Of a stretch of 40,589 nt of DNA, positions 1-9,677 are shown in pieces. A program made the translations under genes and the position numbers. Numbering within the stretch: position 1 is the first letter of the stretch; every line of letters begins with the position of its first letter. This stretch comes from an uncultured Chloroflexota bacterium (GTDB lineage: Bacteria > Chloroflexota > Anaerolineae > Anaerolineales > Villigracilaceae), in assembly GCA_903837815.1 (NCBI GenBank), contig CAILWD010000022.1, positions 1 to 40,589 on the forward strand. Reading direction: 5' to 3'. Below the pieces are notes generated by a model, which worked only from the letters and a program-made list of their open reading frames with translations, made no database searches and had not been told where the DNA came from.

Positions 1-1
1 C

Positions 2-364
<363 letters not shown>

Positions 365-406
365 CATTAAATCGTTTGACCTCGTTACAGTACGAACGTA
401 ACGGAA

Positions 407-436
407 GGAGGTGGCGGGCTGACACCTGCCACCTCC
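407..436. other. Stem-loop after the binding-protein gene (no U-tract; possible mRNA stabiliser)
   Basis: GGAGGTGGCGGG-ctgaca-CCTGCCACCTCC, 12-bp stem with one G:U pair, followed by AAAAA rather than Ts. Confidence 0.55.
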
Positions 437-442
437 AAAAAG

Positions 443-502
443 GGGACACCGGACACATGGAACAGGGTTCGCTGCCAATGCCATGCAAAAGTACGGTGTC
501 CC
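443..502. repeat. Imperfect palindrome, REP/MITE-like
   Basis: GGGACACCG (443-451) / CGGTGTCCC (494-502), with inner CATGG (456-460) / CCATG (481-485). Confidence 0.4.
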
Positions 503-548
503 TGATATTATAAGTCTTTCATATTCCTGGACAAGAAGGTGATATCTC

Positions 549-1475
549 ATGCACGTAATTGTCGTTGGTAGCCTAAATATGGATTTGGTGGTGCGGATAC
601 CGCAAATTCCGCGACCAGGAGAAACCCTTCTGGGCGGCGTGTTCAAGACTTTCCCCGGCGGAAAAGGCGCCAATCAGGCGGTTGCTGCGGCGCGGCTGGG
701 GGCACATGTCACGATGATTGGCTGTGTCGGCGGCGATGCCTTTGGTCGGGAAATGCGCGATACATTAATCGCCGAAGACATCGACACAACCCACATCTTG
801 GTTCATCCTGAATCCGCCACCGGCGTGGCGTTGATTCAAGTGGACGCTGCCGGACAAAACAGCATCGCGGTGGCATCCGGGGCAAACTTTCAACTGACCA
901 GCGCGGATGTCGAAAGCGCCATGCAAGCCATCGAAAAATTCGATGTGCTGGTCATGCCGCTGGAAACCCCGCTCGAAACAATTTACACCGCCGCAAAAAT
1001 CGCATCCCAGCGCGGGGCGAAGGTACTGCTCAACCCAGCCCCCGCCCAAATGTTGAAACCAGACCTGCTCGAACTGGTGGACGTGCTTCTGCCCAACGAG
1101 CACGAAGTCGCCCTGATGACGAGACAGCCCGCCCTGCAATCTGCGGCTGACCTTCAAACTGCCGCCCAAAAATTGCTATCGCTTGGGGTGAAAAATCTGA
1201 TGGTCACGATGGGCAGTCAGGGCGCAATATTGTTCGACGGAAAAACGGAATCGAATATTCCAGCCTGCCCGGTGCAGGCTGTTGACACCACCGCCGCCGG
1301 GGATTGTTTTGTCGGCGCCCTGGCTGTGGGACTTTGCGAAGGCAGGTCATTGTTAGCCGCCGCCGAATTTGCCAGCGCGGCAGCCGCAATTTCAGTCACC
1401 CGCGACGGAGCGCAGCCTTCCCTTCCCCGCCGCGAAGAAGTCATGCAGTTTATGAACGAAAGGAAATCGAAATGA
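549..1475 (+). CDS. rbsK: Ribokinase (PfkB family)
   Basis: GSLNMD, PGGKGANQA, NPAP, NEHE, DTTAAGDCF motifs; SD-like GAAGGTG upstream. Confidence 0.95.
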   Translation: MHVIVVGSLNMDLVVRIPQIPRPGETLLGGVFKTFPGGKGANQAVAAARLGAHVTMIGCVGGDAFGREMRDTLIAEDIDTTHILVHPESATGVALIQVDAAGQNSIAVASGANFQLTSADVESAMQAIEKFDVLVMPLETPLETIYTAAKIASQRGAKVLLNPAPAQMLKPDLLELVDVLLPNEHEVALMTRQPALQSAADLQTAAQKLLSLGVKNLMVTMGSQGAILFDGKTESNIPACPVQAVDTTAAGDCFVGALAVGLCEGRSLLAAAEFASAAAAISVTRDGAQPSLPRREEVMQFMNERKSK

Positions 1476-1876
1476 AGAAGATAGGAATTATCAACGCGCC
1501 CATTTCCACAGTGATTGCCCACCTCGAACATTCCGATATGCTGACCGTCGCTGACGCCGGGCTGCCCGTCCCGTCCACCACCCAGCGCATCGATTTGGCG
1601 CTCAAGCCCGGCGTCCCCGGTTTTTTGGAGACTCTCGAAGTAGTGCTGACCGAGATGTTCGTCGAGAAAGCCTACGTGTCCGAAGACATCCTGACCAAGA
1701 GCCCGCACATTTACGAAGGTATGAAAAAATTGCTGGGCGACGTGCCCATCGAAACCATGCCGCACCTCGAATTCAAGAAATTGACCGGCTCGACCAAAGC
1801 CATCATCCGCAGCGCTGAATTTACGCCCTTTGCCAATGTCATCCTTGTGGCTGGAGCCTGGGGCTTCAAACTATAA
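1472..1876 (+). CDS. rbsD: D-ribose pyranase
   Basis: MKKIGIINAPIS...HSDMLTVADAGLPVP...RIDLAL...FTPFANVIL; ATG overlaps rbsK stop (ATGA); start trimmed from ORF 1304. Confidence 0.93.
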   Translation: MKKIGIINAPISTVIAHLEHSDMLTVADAGLPVPSTTQRIDLALKPGVPGFLETLEVVLTEMFVEKAYVSEDILTKSPHIYEGMKKLLGDVPIETMPHLEFKKLTGSTKAIIRSAEFTPFANVILVAGAWGFKL

Positions 1877-1896
1877 ATTTATCAAGGAGCAAAAAT

Positions 1897-3300
1897 ATGA
1901 AAACCACTTTGGGAGTCATCTTCGGCAACCGCGACTTCTTCCCCGACCATCTCGTCAGCGAGGCGCGAAAGGATATTCTGGCGCTGTTTCAAGAAATGAA
2001 CATCGACGGCGTGATGCTTGGCGAGAACGAAACCAAGCTCGGCTCCGTCGAAACCTATGCCCATTCCAAAGCCTGCGCCGATCTGTTCAAAGCCAACCGT
2101 GACCGTATCGAAGGCGTGCTGGTTGTCCTGCCCAACTTTGGCGACGAAAAGGGCGTGGCAGACACAATGAAACTTTCCGGGCTGAACGTGCCAATTTTGG
2201 TGCAAGCCTATCCCGATGACCTCTCCGCGTTCAACGTCGAGCGCCGCCGCGATTCTTTCTGCGGCAAAGTTTCGGTCTGTAACAACCTGCGACAGTACGG
2301 CTATCAGTTCTCACTCACCAGCCTGCACACCAGCCGCCCTACTTCTGAATCCTTCAAAAAGGATTTGCAGAAATTCCTGAGCGTCTGCCGCGTGGTCAAA
2401 GGACTGCGCTCCGCCCGCTTGGGAGCCATCGGCGCCCGCCCCGGTTCTTTCCAGACAGTCCGCTACAGCGAGAAGATTTTGCAAGCCTCCGGCATCACCG
2501 TCGCCACAGTGGACTTGTCCGAAATCCTCGGCGACTCTGCCCGCCTGAGCGACGACGCGCCAAAAGTCAAAGCCAAGCTGGAGGAAATCAACGCCTATGC
2601 CAAACACGACAGCGTCCCCTCCCCCGCCATCGTCCGCATGGCTAAACTGGGCGTGGTCATTTCCGACTGGATGGAAGCCAACGATTTACAGGCGACAGCG
2701 CTTCAATGCTGGACTTCGATGCAGAAAAATTACGGTATCAACGCCTGCACGCTGATGAGCATGATGAGCAACCAACTCATGCCCTCCGCCTGTGAGACGG
2801 ACATCACCGGCGTGATTTCGATGTACGCTTTGCAACTGGCGTCCAACTTCCCCGGCGCTCTCGTGGATTGGAACAACAACTACGCCGATGACCCCGACCG
2901 CTGTGTGCTGTTCCACTGCGGCAACTGGGCGAAATCCTTTGTGCCCGACATCGAAATCAAGACCGCCCCAATTTTGGGAACCACCCTCGGCGAAGAAAAC
3001 ACCTACGGCGCAATGGCTGGACGCGCCGCCGCCGGAGCCATGACCTACGCCCGAGTCAGCACCGACGACACGAGCGGCATTGTCCGCGCCTACACCGGCG
3101 AAGGCGAACTCACCAACGACCCGCTCGACACCTTCGGTCATCGCGCTGTGGTTTACACGCCCAACCTGCAAAAACTGCTTGCCTACCTGTGCAAGAACGG
3201 CTTTGAGCATCATGTCGCCATGACGATGGGCAATGTATCCGACGCCCTCGACGAAGCCTTCACCAACTACATGGGCTGGGAGAATTACAAGCACGCGTAA
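1897..3300 (+). CDS. L-fucose/L-arabinose isomerase family protein
   Basis: NFGDE, DSFCG, QCW, ACETD, FHCG and GFEHH motifs; 467 aa; SD AAGGAG. Confidence 0.85.
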   Translation: MKTTLGVIFGNRDFFPDHLVSEARKDILALFQEMNIDGVMLGENETKLGSVETYAHSKACADLFKANRDRIEGVLVVLPNFGDEKGVADTMKLSGLNVPILVQAYPDDLSAFNVERRRDSFCGKVSVCNNLRQYGYQFSLTSLHTSRPTSESFKKDLQKFLSVCRVVKGLRSARLGAIGARPGSFQTVRYSEKILQASGITVATVDLSEILGDSARLSDDAPKVKAKLEEINAYAKHDSVPSPAIVRMAKLGVVISDWMEANDLQATALQCWTSMQKNYGINACTLMSMMSNQLMPSACETDITGVISMYALQLASNFPGALVDWNNNYADDPDRCVLFHCGNWAKSFVPDIEIKTAPILGTTLGEENTYGAMAGRAAAGAMTYARVSTDDTSGIVRAYTGEGELTNDPLDTFGHRAVVYTPNLQKLLAYLCKNGFEHHVAMTMGNVSDALDEAFTNYMGWENYKHA

Positions 3301-3399
3301 ATCTTATAGTTGCGCTTTGCATGTCAGTTGAACCTTGCAATTTGGAATGTATTTTGCGTTTCGAAAGAGCAGGTCAAGCATGTTTTTTATCGCCTGAAC

Positions 3400-3780
3400 T
3401 TATGCGTTTGGCGCAAGCAGACTCGCCACAATATCCAGCACGGTTTTGGAGCCGACCGGCTTGGTAAGAAAACCCTGAATTCCGATCTCCTCTGCGCGGA
3501 CACGTTCGTCATCATCCCCGCTACCCGTGAGGATGATGACCGGCAGTCGCTCATATTCCATCCTTGCGCGAATGTGCTTCAATAAGGTAATCCCATCCAT
3601 GACGGGCATGGAAACATCGAGGATCGCCAGTTGAAAATGCGTGGTACCGATCAACTCCAACGCGGATTTCCCATCCCCAACGGCAATGGGATCATAGCCG
3701 GCTTTGTTGAGGGTATAGGAGAGAATGCGTTGATTGTTGGGTTCGTCGTCTACAATTAAAATACGGGCCTTGTTCATCAT
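3400..3780 (-). CDS. Single-domain response regulator (CheY-like receiver)
   Basis: ILIVDDE...LDVSMPVMDG...ILTG...LTKP. Confidence 0.92.
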   Translation of the reverse strand: MMNKARILIVDDEPNNQRILSYTLNKAGYDPIAVGDGKSALELIGTTHFQLAILDVSMPVMDGITLLKHIRARMEYERLPVIILTGSGDDDERVRAEEIGIQGFLTKPVGSKTVLDIVASLLAPNA

Positions 3781-3938
3781 TAATATCCTTTGGAAATGAT
3801 TACCGACCTTTCAATGAAGGTGAATACCTGGTCATCGATCAGGCCGAAGGGGCGGGCGCTTCAAGGCGTCGGGTATGCCTTTCAGGCTAATAGCGGCGAT
3901 CCTGCAACTTATTCGGCGGAAATAATCTCAAGAGACAT
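3780..3938 (-). pseudogene. Decayed, internally deleted STAS (anti-sigma antagonist) gene remnant
   Basis: From ATG 3938, joining frames gives MSLEIISAE*VAG-IAAISLKG..DA(F)EAPA(L)R-LIDDQVFTFIE...*, resembling STAS N- and C-terminal ends; sits where a STAS gene is expected; stop overlaps the next ATG (TAATG). Confidence 0.5.
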
Positions 3939-3963
3939 CGTGATCTCTTTCTTTTCGGTTCGG

Positions 3964-5931
3964 TTACTTCAACTTCTTATTTAATGTCCAAACATTCCTG
4001 CCTTGCACCATCTCATAACGGACTTCATCCATAAGCAAGCGGATGATCGCCATGCCGTATCCGCCTTCGGCAAGTTCTTCCGGCATTGGCATGTGGATAT
4101 CGTTCAAGTCTACTTCGGCGGGAATGCCCGCGTCTTCAGTTTGGATGGCGACCCGCTCACGATCACAGGCCAGGCGGACATCGATCTGCCCACCGGGCCT
4201 GCCCTCGTAGGCATGATCCACAAGATTGGCCAGCAATTCCTGCAAAGCCAGTTCACACAGGCCGGCGGTTTCTTCCGGGATATTCGCCTGCGCAAGCAAA
4301 GCCCGCAGCCGTTCACATGGCAGACGAATATTCTCATAATCCGCCTGAATGGTCAGGTTTTCGATGAACATGGCTTTCTTCTCATCTGGCTTTAGAAATT
4401 TAACCACGACAATGGTGCGATCGTCATCCTGCGGGTATGTTCCACAAAAGGAGTTCAAGTCTGCCAGCAGGGCTTCGGCAATCTGCCTGGCAGAGAGTCC
4501 GCGTGAAGCGGAGAGCGCCGCCTTCATGCGTTCGTATCCGTACATCTCACCCGCAGGGTTGGATGACTCGGGAAACCCATCAGATGCGGCGATGAAAATA
4601 TCTCCGGTTGAAAGGCTCAGGCTTTGAGTGGAATACTCCATCGCGTCGAGAATGCCAACGGGGATGTCCTGCGCTTCGAGCAGAGCAGGCTCAGCGTGGG
4701 CAGGTATAAAATAAACCGGGCTTTGCCCAGCGTTACTAAAATGCAGTTGGCAGGAGGAACAATCAACCAGCCCCAGCATCACGGTGGTAAACATGCCTAC
4801 GTTGGAAAAATCCGCTGCCATGTCATGGTTGAGTCGGTTCAAGACCTGGTGCGGATGGGTGAACGGCATATTCCGTGACGCCGATTTGATAATGGTGTGC
4901 GCCATACTCATCAGCAGCGCGGCTGGCATGCCCTTGCCCGTCACATCGCCTAGCGCAAAAATGAGTGTATCATCCGAACGGTTGATGACATCGAAGAAAT
5001 CGCCGCCAACCTCAGACGCAGGAATGGAAGTAGCGTACACATCCAGTCCTTTTACCCGCGGGATGGCTTGCGGCAAAATGGCAGTCTGCACCCGACGGGC
5101 AATATCCATTTCGGTTTCGAGACGGACACGCTCCACAGCTTCTTTGTGCAACAGCGCATTCTCCACCTGTGCCCCTATATGATCTGCAATGGCCTGAGCC
5201 AGTTTAATATCGGGCGTGGTGAAGTTGCCCGTTTTGTTGAATAACCCGACTGCTGCGGAAATTTCATCGCGCACGGGTAGGGCGATCATCATCACATTCC
5301 GCAGGCTGAAAGGCAGGGTTTCCGAGTCTTTGAAAATATGACGATGAGGGTCACGCTGGTAAAGAGTGGCCGCCGCCTCAATATGGGCGGGATGCAACGG
5401 GGTATCTGAAACCTGGTGAATGATGGGCTTTTTACCTTTTTCCCTCAATATCACAAAGCCGCCGTCCACGCCCATGAGGTGTTTGGATTCTTTGATGAGC
5501 AGGTCCAACAGGGTGGGCATATCCAGTGTGCGGCGGGTGGCTTGGGTCAGCTCATAAAACGCCACCAATCTATCCTGTGTTTCCACCAATGCTGCTGTGA
5601 GGCTTTCCAGATCCGCATCGGAGAAGATCAGGCTGACGAATACCTCCAGCATGGATTCCGCAGCGGGAATCCAACGGACATCATCAAGTCCGTACACGCG
5701 CAGAGTCAACCCCGAAGTTTGGGAATCCACCGAAAGCAGCTTGCCTTTGCCTGGCGCAGAATCCGGGCAGCGAATCAAGATTTCATCTGCCTTGACCAGT
5801 TGCACGCAATTCGCGCCAATGTGAATCCAGCCTGCCGCCATAGATTTAAAACTCTCGTAATGCTTGTTGGAAATTTCAGGAAGCACTAGAATCCTTTTTC
5901 TGAAGCGGAAAAATATCGAAGGCTTATCCAA
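3964..5931 (-). CDS. GAF + SpoIIE/PP2C phosphatase + C-terminal RsbW-like anti-sigma Ser kinase (HATPase_c) fusion
   Basis: PP2C motifs VGGDFFD, GDVTGKG, NAGQ, SDG, DDDRT; kinase motifs ELLANLVDHAY, DAG, GGYGMAII; TTG start uncertain. Confidence 0.88.
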   Translation of the reverse strand: MDKPSIFFRFRKRILVLPEISNKHYESFKSMAAGWIHIGANCVQLVKADEILIRCPDSAPGKGKLLSVDSQTSGLTLRVYGLDDVRWIPAAESMLEVFVSLIFSDADLESLTAALVETQDRLVAFYELTQATRRTLDMPTLLDLLIKESKHLMGVDGGFVILREKGKKPIIHQVSDTPLHPAHIEAAATLYQRDPHRHIFKDSETLPFSLRNVMMIALPVRDEISAAVGLFNKTGNFTTPDIKLAQAIADHIGAQVENALLHKEAVERVRLETEMDIARRVQTAILPQAIPRVKGLDVYATSIPASEVGGDFFDVINRSDDTLIFALGDVTGKGMPAALLMSMAHTIIKSASRNMPFTHPHQVLNRLNHDMAADFSNVGMFTTVMLGLVDCSSCQLHFSNAGQSPVYFIPAHAEPALLEAQDIPVGILDAMEYSTQSLSLSTGDIFIAASDGFPESSNPAGEMYGYERMKAALSASRGLSARQIAEALLADLNSFCGTYPQDDDRTIVVVKFLKPDEKKAMFIENLTIQADYENIRLPCERLRALLAQANIPEETAGLCELALQELLANLVDHAYEGRPGGQIDVRLACDRERVAIQTEDAGIPAEVDLNDIHMPMPEELAEGGYGMAIIRLLMDEVRYEMVQGRNVWTLNKKLK

Positions 5932-6139
5932 TCACACTTATTCAAATATAACACGTAGTGGCGGCAAAATGCAGGACAGCGCCATAAAACACCGCGCAAC
6001 CATATTTGATTAACTTCCAGAAAGGCTAAAGAGCCACTGTTCACCGAATAGGAGGTGGTTGAGTCAAATCCCGGGGTTGATTTAATTTTCCAGAATTGCC
6101 AAAACTTCGCCTGCAAGTCGCTCTGAAAAAGTCAATGTT

Positions 6140-6184
6140 AAAAAAACCATGCAAACGCTGCTGGTATCTTTGGCGCTTGCATGG
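6140..6184 (-). terminator. Intrinsic terminator of the MFS gene
   Basis: CCATGCAAGCGC...GCGTTTGCATGG stem followed by a T7 run on the minus strand, 7 nt past the stop. Confidence 0.65.
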
Positions 6185-6191
6185 ATTCTAT

Positions 6192-7382
6192 TTATGCCGC
6201 TTTTTCAGGTACGAGTTCAGATTTTCTTTCGCTTAACATAAACGCGACAGCAAGCCCTGCGCCAACGACAAAAGTGGAAAAAATAAATGTGGTTGTATAG
6301 CTCCCCACCAGGGATTTTAGAAAAATACCCGATAGAGCGGCGAGACCATACGCTTGATAGACAACGCCGTAATTAGAGGCATAGCGATAGGAGCCAAATT
6401 CCTGATTTGTGAAAGTTGGGAACAAAGCCAGGAAACCGCCATAACCGACAGCGACGCCAACAACGCCAAGGTAGAAGAACGGTTTAATTTGAGCCAAAAA
6501 ACTCAGGAATAATAAAGAGATAATGGTGATTGCGAATATCCCTTTTAGCACATTCAGCACGCCATACTTATCAGACAACGCGCCGGAGACAAGCCTGCTG
6601 CCGGCGTTGGAAACAGCCAGAATGGATATGACCGAGGTCGCGGCAACAGCCTCAAGCCCTGCCACCTCAATCCCGATATTCTTGGCTGCGCCGAGAACAA
6701 GCAAGCCAGGTATAACTGCAAGCCAGTACATGACCCAAATCAGCTTGAACTTTTTGGTCTTAACCATCTCCGCAGTCGTGTAATCCCCTTCACCCTTTTC
6801 GCCGGCTTGCTTTACAAAGCCAACAGGATTATTTGTCAGCAGGGCGCCAGCCAAGATCAGGCTCATAGAAATCATCCCCAGATACAAGAAGGCGCCGGAC
6901 ACATCTGTAATCGTCAAAAAGTTTGAGATAACCCGTTGAAAGATGATGCTGCCGCCGCCAAACACGCCCACCGACAATCCTGTAATCATGCCGCGGTTTT
7001 TGGGGAACCACTTGATTAATGTTGATAATGGGCAGACATACACAAATCCAACCCCCGCCCCAGACAACACCCCGTAGGTTAAATATAACAGCGCCGGAGA
7101 GGTAACGAACGAGGATAAAATCAAACCACTGCCGTATAACAAGCCGCCGATAACCAACGCAATCCTCGGACCTTTTCTATCCACCAACCAGCCCGAAAAC
7201 AATGTGCTGAACGCAAAGACAAATTGGGCTAGCGCATAAGGAACCAAAATTTCATTAGACCCCCATCCCCTTTCCACTTCAAGCGCCCTCCCAAATATGC
7301 TCCATGCGTATAAACCTGCAATCGTAACTTGCGCAAGCAAAGCGCCAATCAACACTACGTACTTATTTTTTATTGTCCACAT
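6192..7382 (-). CDS. OFA-family (oxalate/formate antiporter-like) MFS transporter
   Basis: GLYAWSIF, LVDRKGPR, GAGVGFVYVCPLSTLIKWFP, NYG motifs; about 12 hydrophobic segments; SD GAGGAG. Confidence 0.88.
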   Translation of the reverse strand: MWTIKNKYVVLIGALLAQVTIAGLYAWSIFGRALEVERGWGSNEILVPYALAQFVFAFSTLFSGWLVDRKGPRIALVIGGLLYGSGLILSSFVTSPALLYLTYGVLSGAGVGFVYVCPLSTLIKWFPKNRGMITGLSVGVFGGGSIIFQRVISNFLTITDVSGAFLYLGMISMSLILAGALLTNNPVGFVKQAGEKGEGDYTTAEMVKTKKFKLIWVMYWLAVIPGLLVLGAAKNIGIEVAGLEAVAATSVISILAVSNAGSRLVSGALSDKYGVLNVLKGIFAITIISLLFLSFLAQIKPFFYLGVVGVAVGYGGFLALFPTFTNQEFGSYRYASNYGVVYQAYGLAALSGIFLKSLVGSYTTTFIFSTFVVGAGLAVAFMLSERKSELVPEKAA

Positions 7383-7509
7383 ACCATCTCCTCAAAAGTG
7401 ATGAATTAACCGCAATTTAGCCTCGGATACTATCATAGATTGCCGCAAATTTCACGGATTTGCGCTTAACGAAAAAGTTGAACGGTAATACTTATAGTAA
7501 AATCATCCT

Positions 7510-8217
7510 ATGGAAATTCAAATCGCGGTCGCAAAGGTCAACAAATACGCGGTCTCCGAAAGCGGGGACACGCTTGAAGTAGTGGAACGCCCCACCGGCG
7601 GCGTCTCTGTTGTGCTGGCAGACGGTCAGACCAGCGGACGCGGCGCGAAAGCCGTCTCGATGATGGTGGTGCGCAAGGTGATCGGGCTGATCGCGGAAGG
7701 CGTCCGCGACGGCGCTGCCGCCCGAGCCGCTTCCGACGCCCTGTTCGCCGACAAGTCTGGCAAAGTCACCTGTACGCTTAATATCGCCTCGGTGGATTTG
7801 CACAGCAAGACCATTGTGCTTACGCGCAACAACCCAGCGCCCATGTTCATCTGCTGCGGCGAACAGATCGACTCGCATCATGAGGATAGCATTTCGCTCG
7901 GCACGTCGCGCAATGTGCGCCCCATCATCACCGAACTGGAAATCCAAACAGGGCTGACCATTGTGGTCTTCACCGATGGCGTCAGCCATGCGGGCGAACG
8001 GCGCGGACAGCCCATGGACATCGGCGAAACGATCCGCTCGATCATCGAAGACCAGGACCCATCTCCCCAGCAACTGGCAGATACCCTCCTCGCACACGCC
8101 ATCAGCCTCGACGACAACCGTCCTGCAGACGACATCAGCGTGCTTGTGCTGAAGGTTTCCCCACGCACAGGCGACGATGTCAGGCGCATGAGTGTCAGGC
8201 TTCCCATCAATGGTTAG
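7510..8217 (+). CDS. Stand-alone SpoIIE/PP2C-family Ser/Thr phosphatase
   Basis: SGD, LADGQ.SG, FTDG, DDISV metal-binding motifs. Confidence 0.85.
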   Translation: MEIQIAVAKVNKYAVSESGDTLEVVERPTGGVSVVLADGQTSGRGAKAVSMMVVRKVIGLIAEGVRDGAAARAASDALFADKSGKVTCTLNIASVDLHSKTIVLTRNNPAPMFICCGEQIDSHHEDSISLGTSRNVRPIITELEIQTGLTIVVFTDGVSHAGERRGQPMDIGETIRSIIEDQDPSPQQLADTLLAHAISLDDNRPADDISVLVLKVSPRTGDDVRRMSVRLPING

Positions 8218-9274
8218 AAAACGCATCCTTACAGATTCGCAGAGACATCGCTGGCGGCATTTCCAGGCGTCCATTCGCGATACCGCCATTTTGCTGGGGG
8301 AATTCCGCACCCCCCTGCTCTGGTTCTCGGTTGCGATCATCGGCGGCGGCATTCTTTACGACCTTTTCTCCAATCTGTTCAATGAACCTGTTAACAGTCT
8401 GGTCGAGTCCATTTATACCGTCCTGACCCTCACATTTTTGCAGCCCCCAAACCGTGATTTTCCAAACCATATCATTTTGCAGTTATTTCACTTCTTGATG
8501 CCCGTTATCGGCATCGTCGTGCTCGCGCAGGGATTGGCAGACTTCGGCAGCCTGCTTTTCAATCGCCGCTCGCGCAGTAAGGAATGGGAAATGGCAGTAG
8601 CCTCCACATTTAACAAACATATCATCCTCGTCGGGCTGGGACATCTCGGCTATCGCATCGCGCTCAAACTGCACGAAATGGGCGAACAGATCGTGGTGCT
8701 CGAATTCAACGCCGACACCGACACCATCAGCGTGGCGCGCAATCTCGGCATTCCCGTCATCCAAGACGACGCCACCCGCCCCATCGCGTTGGAAGGCGCA
8801 AACGTCAAGGACGCCCGCACCATCATCCTCGCCAGCCAGAACGACGCCATGAACTTGCAGATCGCGCTCAAGGCGCGCAGCATCAACCCGAAGATCAACG
8901 TGGTGGTCAGAATATTCGATGACGATTTTGCCCATGCCCTGCAGGACCAATTCGGATTCATTGCCCTCAGCGCCACCGAAATGGCGGCTCCCGTGTTCGC
9001 CGCCGCCGCCGCAGGCGTGGATGTCACCAATCCCATCTCCATCGAAGGCCAACTGCTCAGCCTCGCGCGTCTGGTTGTATCGGACAATGCGCCCTTCGCG
9101 GAAAAAACCATCGGCTACGTCGAAGACAACTATCATCTCAACATCGTGTTGATCCGCCGCGACCATCACTCCGAAATGCACCCCACTGACAGCGCCATCA
9201 TCCACGCGGGCGATACCATTGCCGTTCTCGGCGGGACAGAGGAACTGAGCCGCCTCTTGCACGAAAATGAATGA
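8210..9274 (+). CDS. TrkA-type RCK-domain membrane protein (potassium-channel-like)
   Basis: Two TM segments around a pore-helix-like region, RCK_N with GLGHLG, C-terminal RCK_C (IHAGDTIAVLG); start at MVRKR overlaps the previous stop. Confidence 0.82.
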   Translation: MVRKRILTDSQRHRWRHFQASIRDTAILLGEFRTPLLWFSVAIIGGGILYDLFSNLFNEPVNSLVESIYTVLTLTFLQPPNRDFPNHIILQLFHFLMPVIGIVVLAQGLADFGSLLFNRRSRSKEWEMAVASTFNKHIILVGLGHLGYRIALKLHEMGEQIVVLEFNADTDTISVARNLGIPVIQDDATRPIALEGANVKDARTIILASQNDAMNLQIALKARSINPKINVVVRIFDDDFAHALQDQFGFIALSATEMAAPVFAAAAAGVDVTNPISIEGQLLSLARLVVSDNAPFAEKTIGYVEDNYHLNIVLIRRDHHSEMHPTDSAIIHAGDTIAVLGGTEELSRLLHENE

Positions 9275-9632
9275 CCCCGACCCAAGACCCCTGATTGGCG
9301 TCGTCGGTCCCTGCGGTTCGGGAAAATCCACACTGATCGCAGGGTTGGAAAAACACGGCTATCGCTGCCGTCACATCGCGCAGGAACATTCCTACGTCAA
9401 AACCATGTGGCAGGTCATCACCAAACCCGACATCCTCATCTTTCTGGAATGTTCCTTCGGGAACTCCACTGCCCGCCGCAAACTCAACTGGATTCCCAAA
9501 GACCATGAAGAACAGTTGCGCAGACTCTCGCATTCCTTCCAAAACGCCAATATCGTCATAGATACCAACCACCTGACCACCAGGGAAGTTCTTGAGCAGG
9601 CTTTAGCGCAGTTGAAAAAATTAGAGAAATAA
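9267..9632 (+). CDS. Small P-loop NTPase of unknown function (nucleotide-kinase-like fold)
   Basis: Walker A GPCGSGKS; overlaps upstream gene by 8 nt. Confidence 0.75.
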   Translation: MNDPDPRPLIGVVGPCGSGKSTLIAGLEKHGYRCRHIAQEHSYVKTMWQVITKPDILIFLECSFGNSTARRKLNWIPKDHEEQLRRLSHSFQNANIVIDTNHLTTREVLEQALAQLKKLEK

Positions 9633-9671
9633 AGAACGCCAGCAAATTTCCCTCAAATTATCCAATGGGAG

Positions 9672-9677
9672 TATAAT
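9672..9677 (+). promoter_or_regulatory. Putative -10 box of secDF
   Basis: Perfect TATAAT 52 nt before the secD start; no clear -35. Confidence 0.5.

Noticed and set aside
3790-3984. 64-aa + strand ORF
   Set aside because: Opposite to the surrounding operon; the minus-strand STAS remnant explains the interval better.
5932-6139. Small gene or riboswitch (GGAGGTG at 6051; ORF 5886-6116)
   Set aside because: No convincing ORF follows the SD-like site, the ORF has no motif, and no known aptamer core was recognised.
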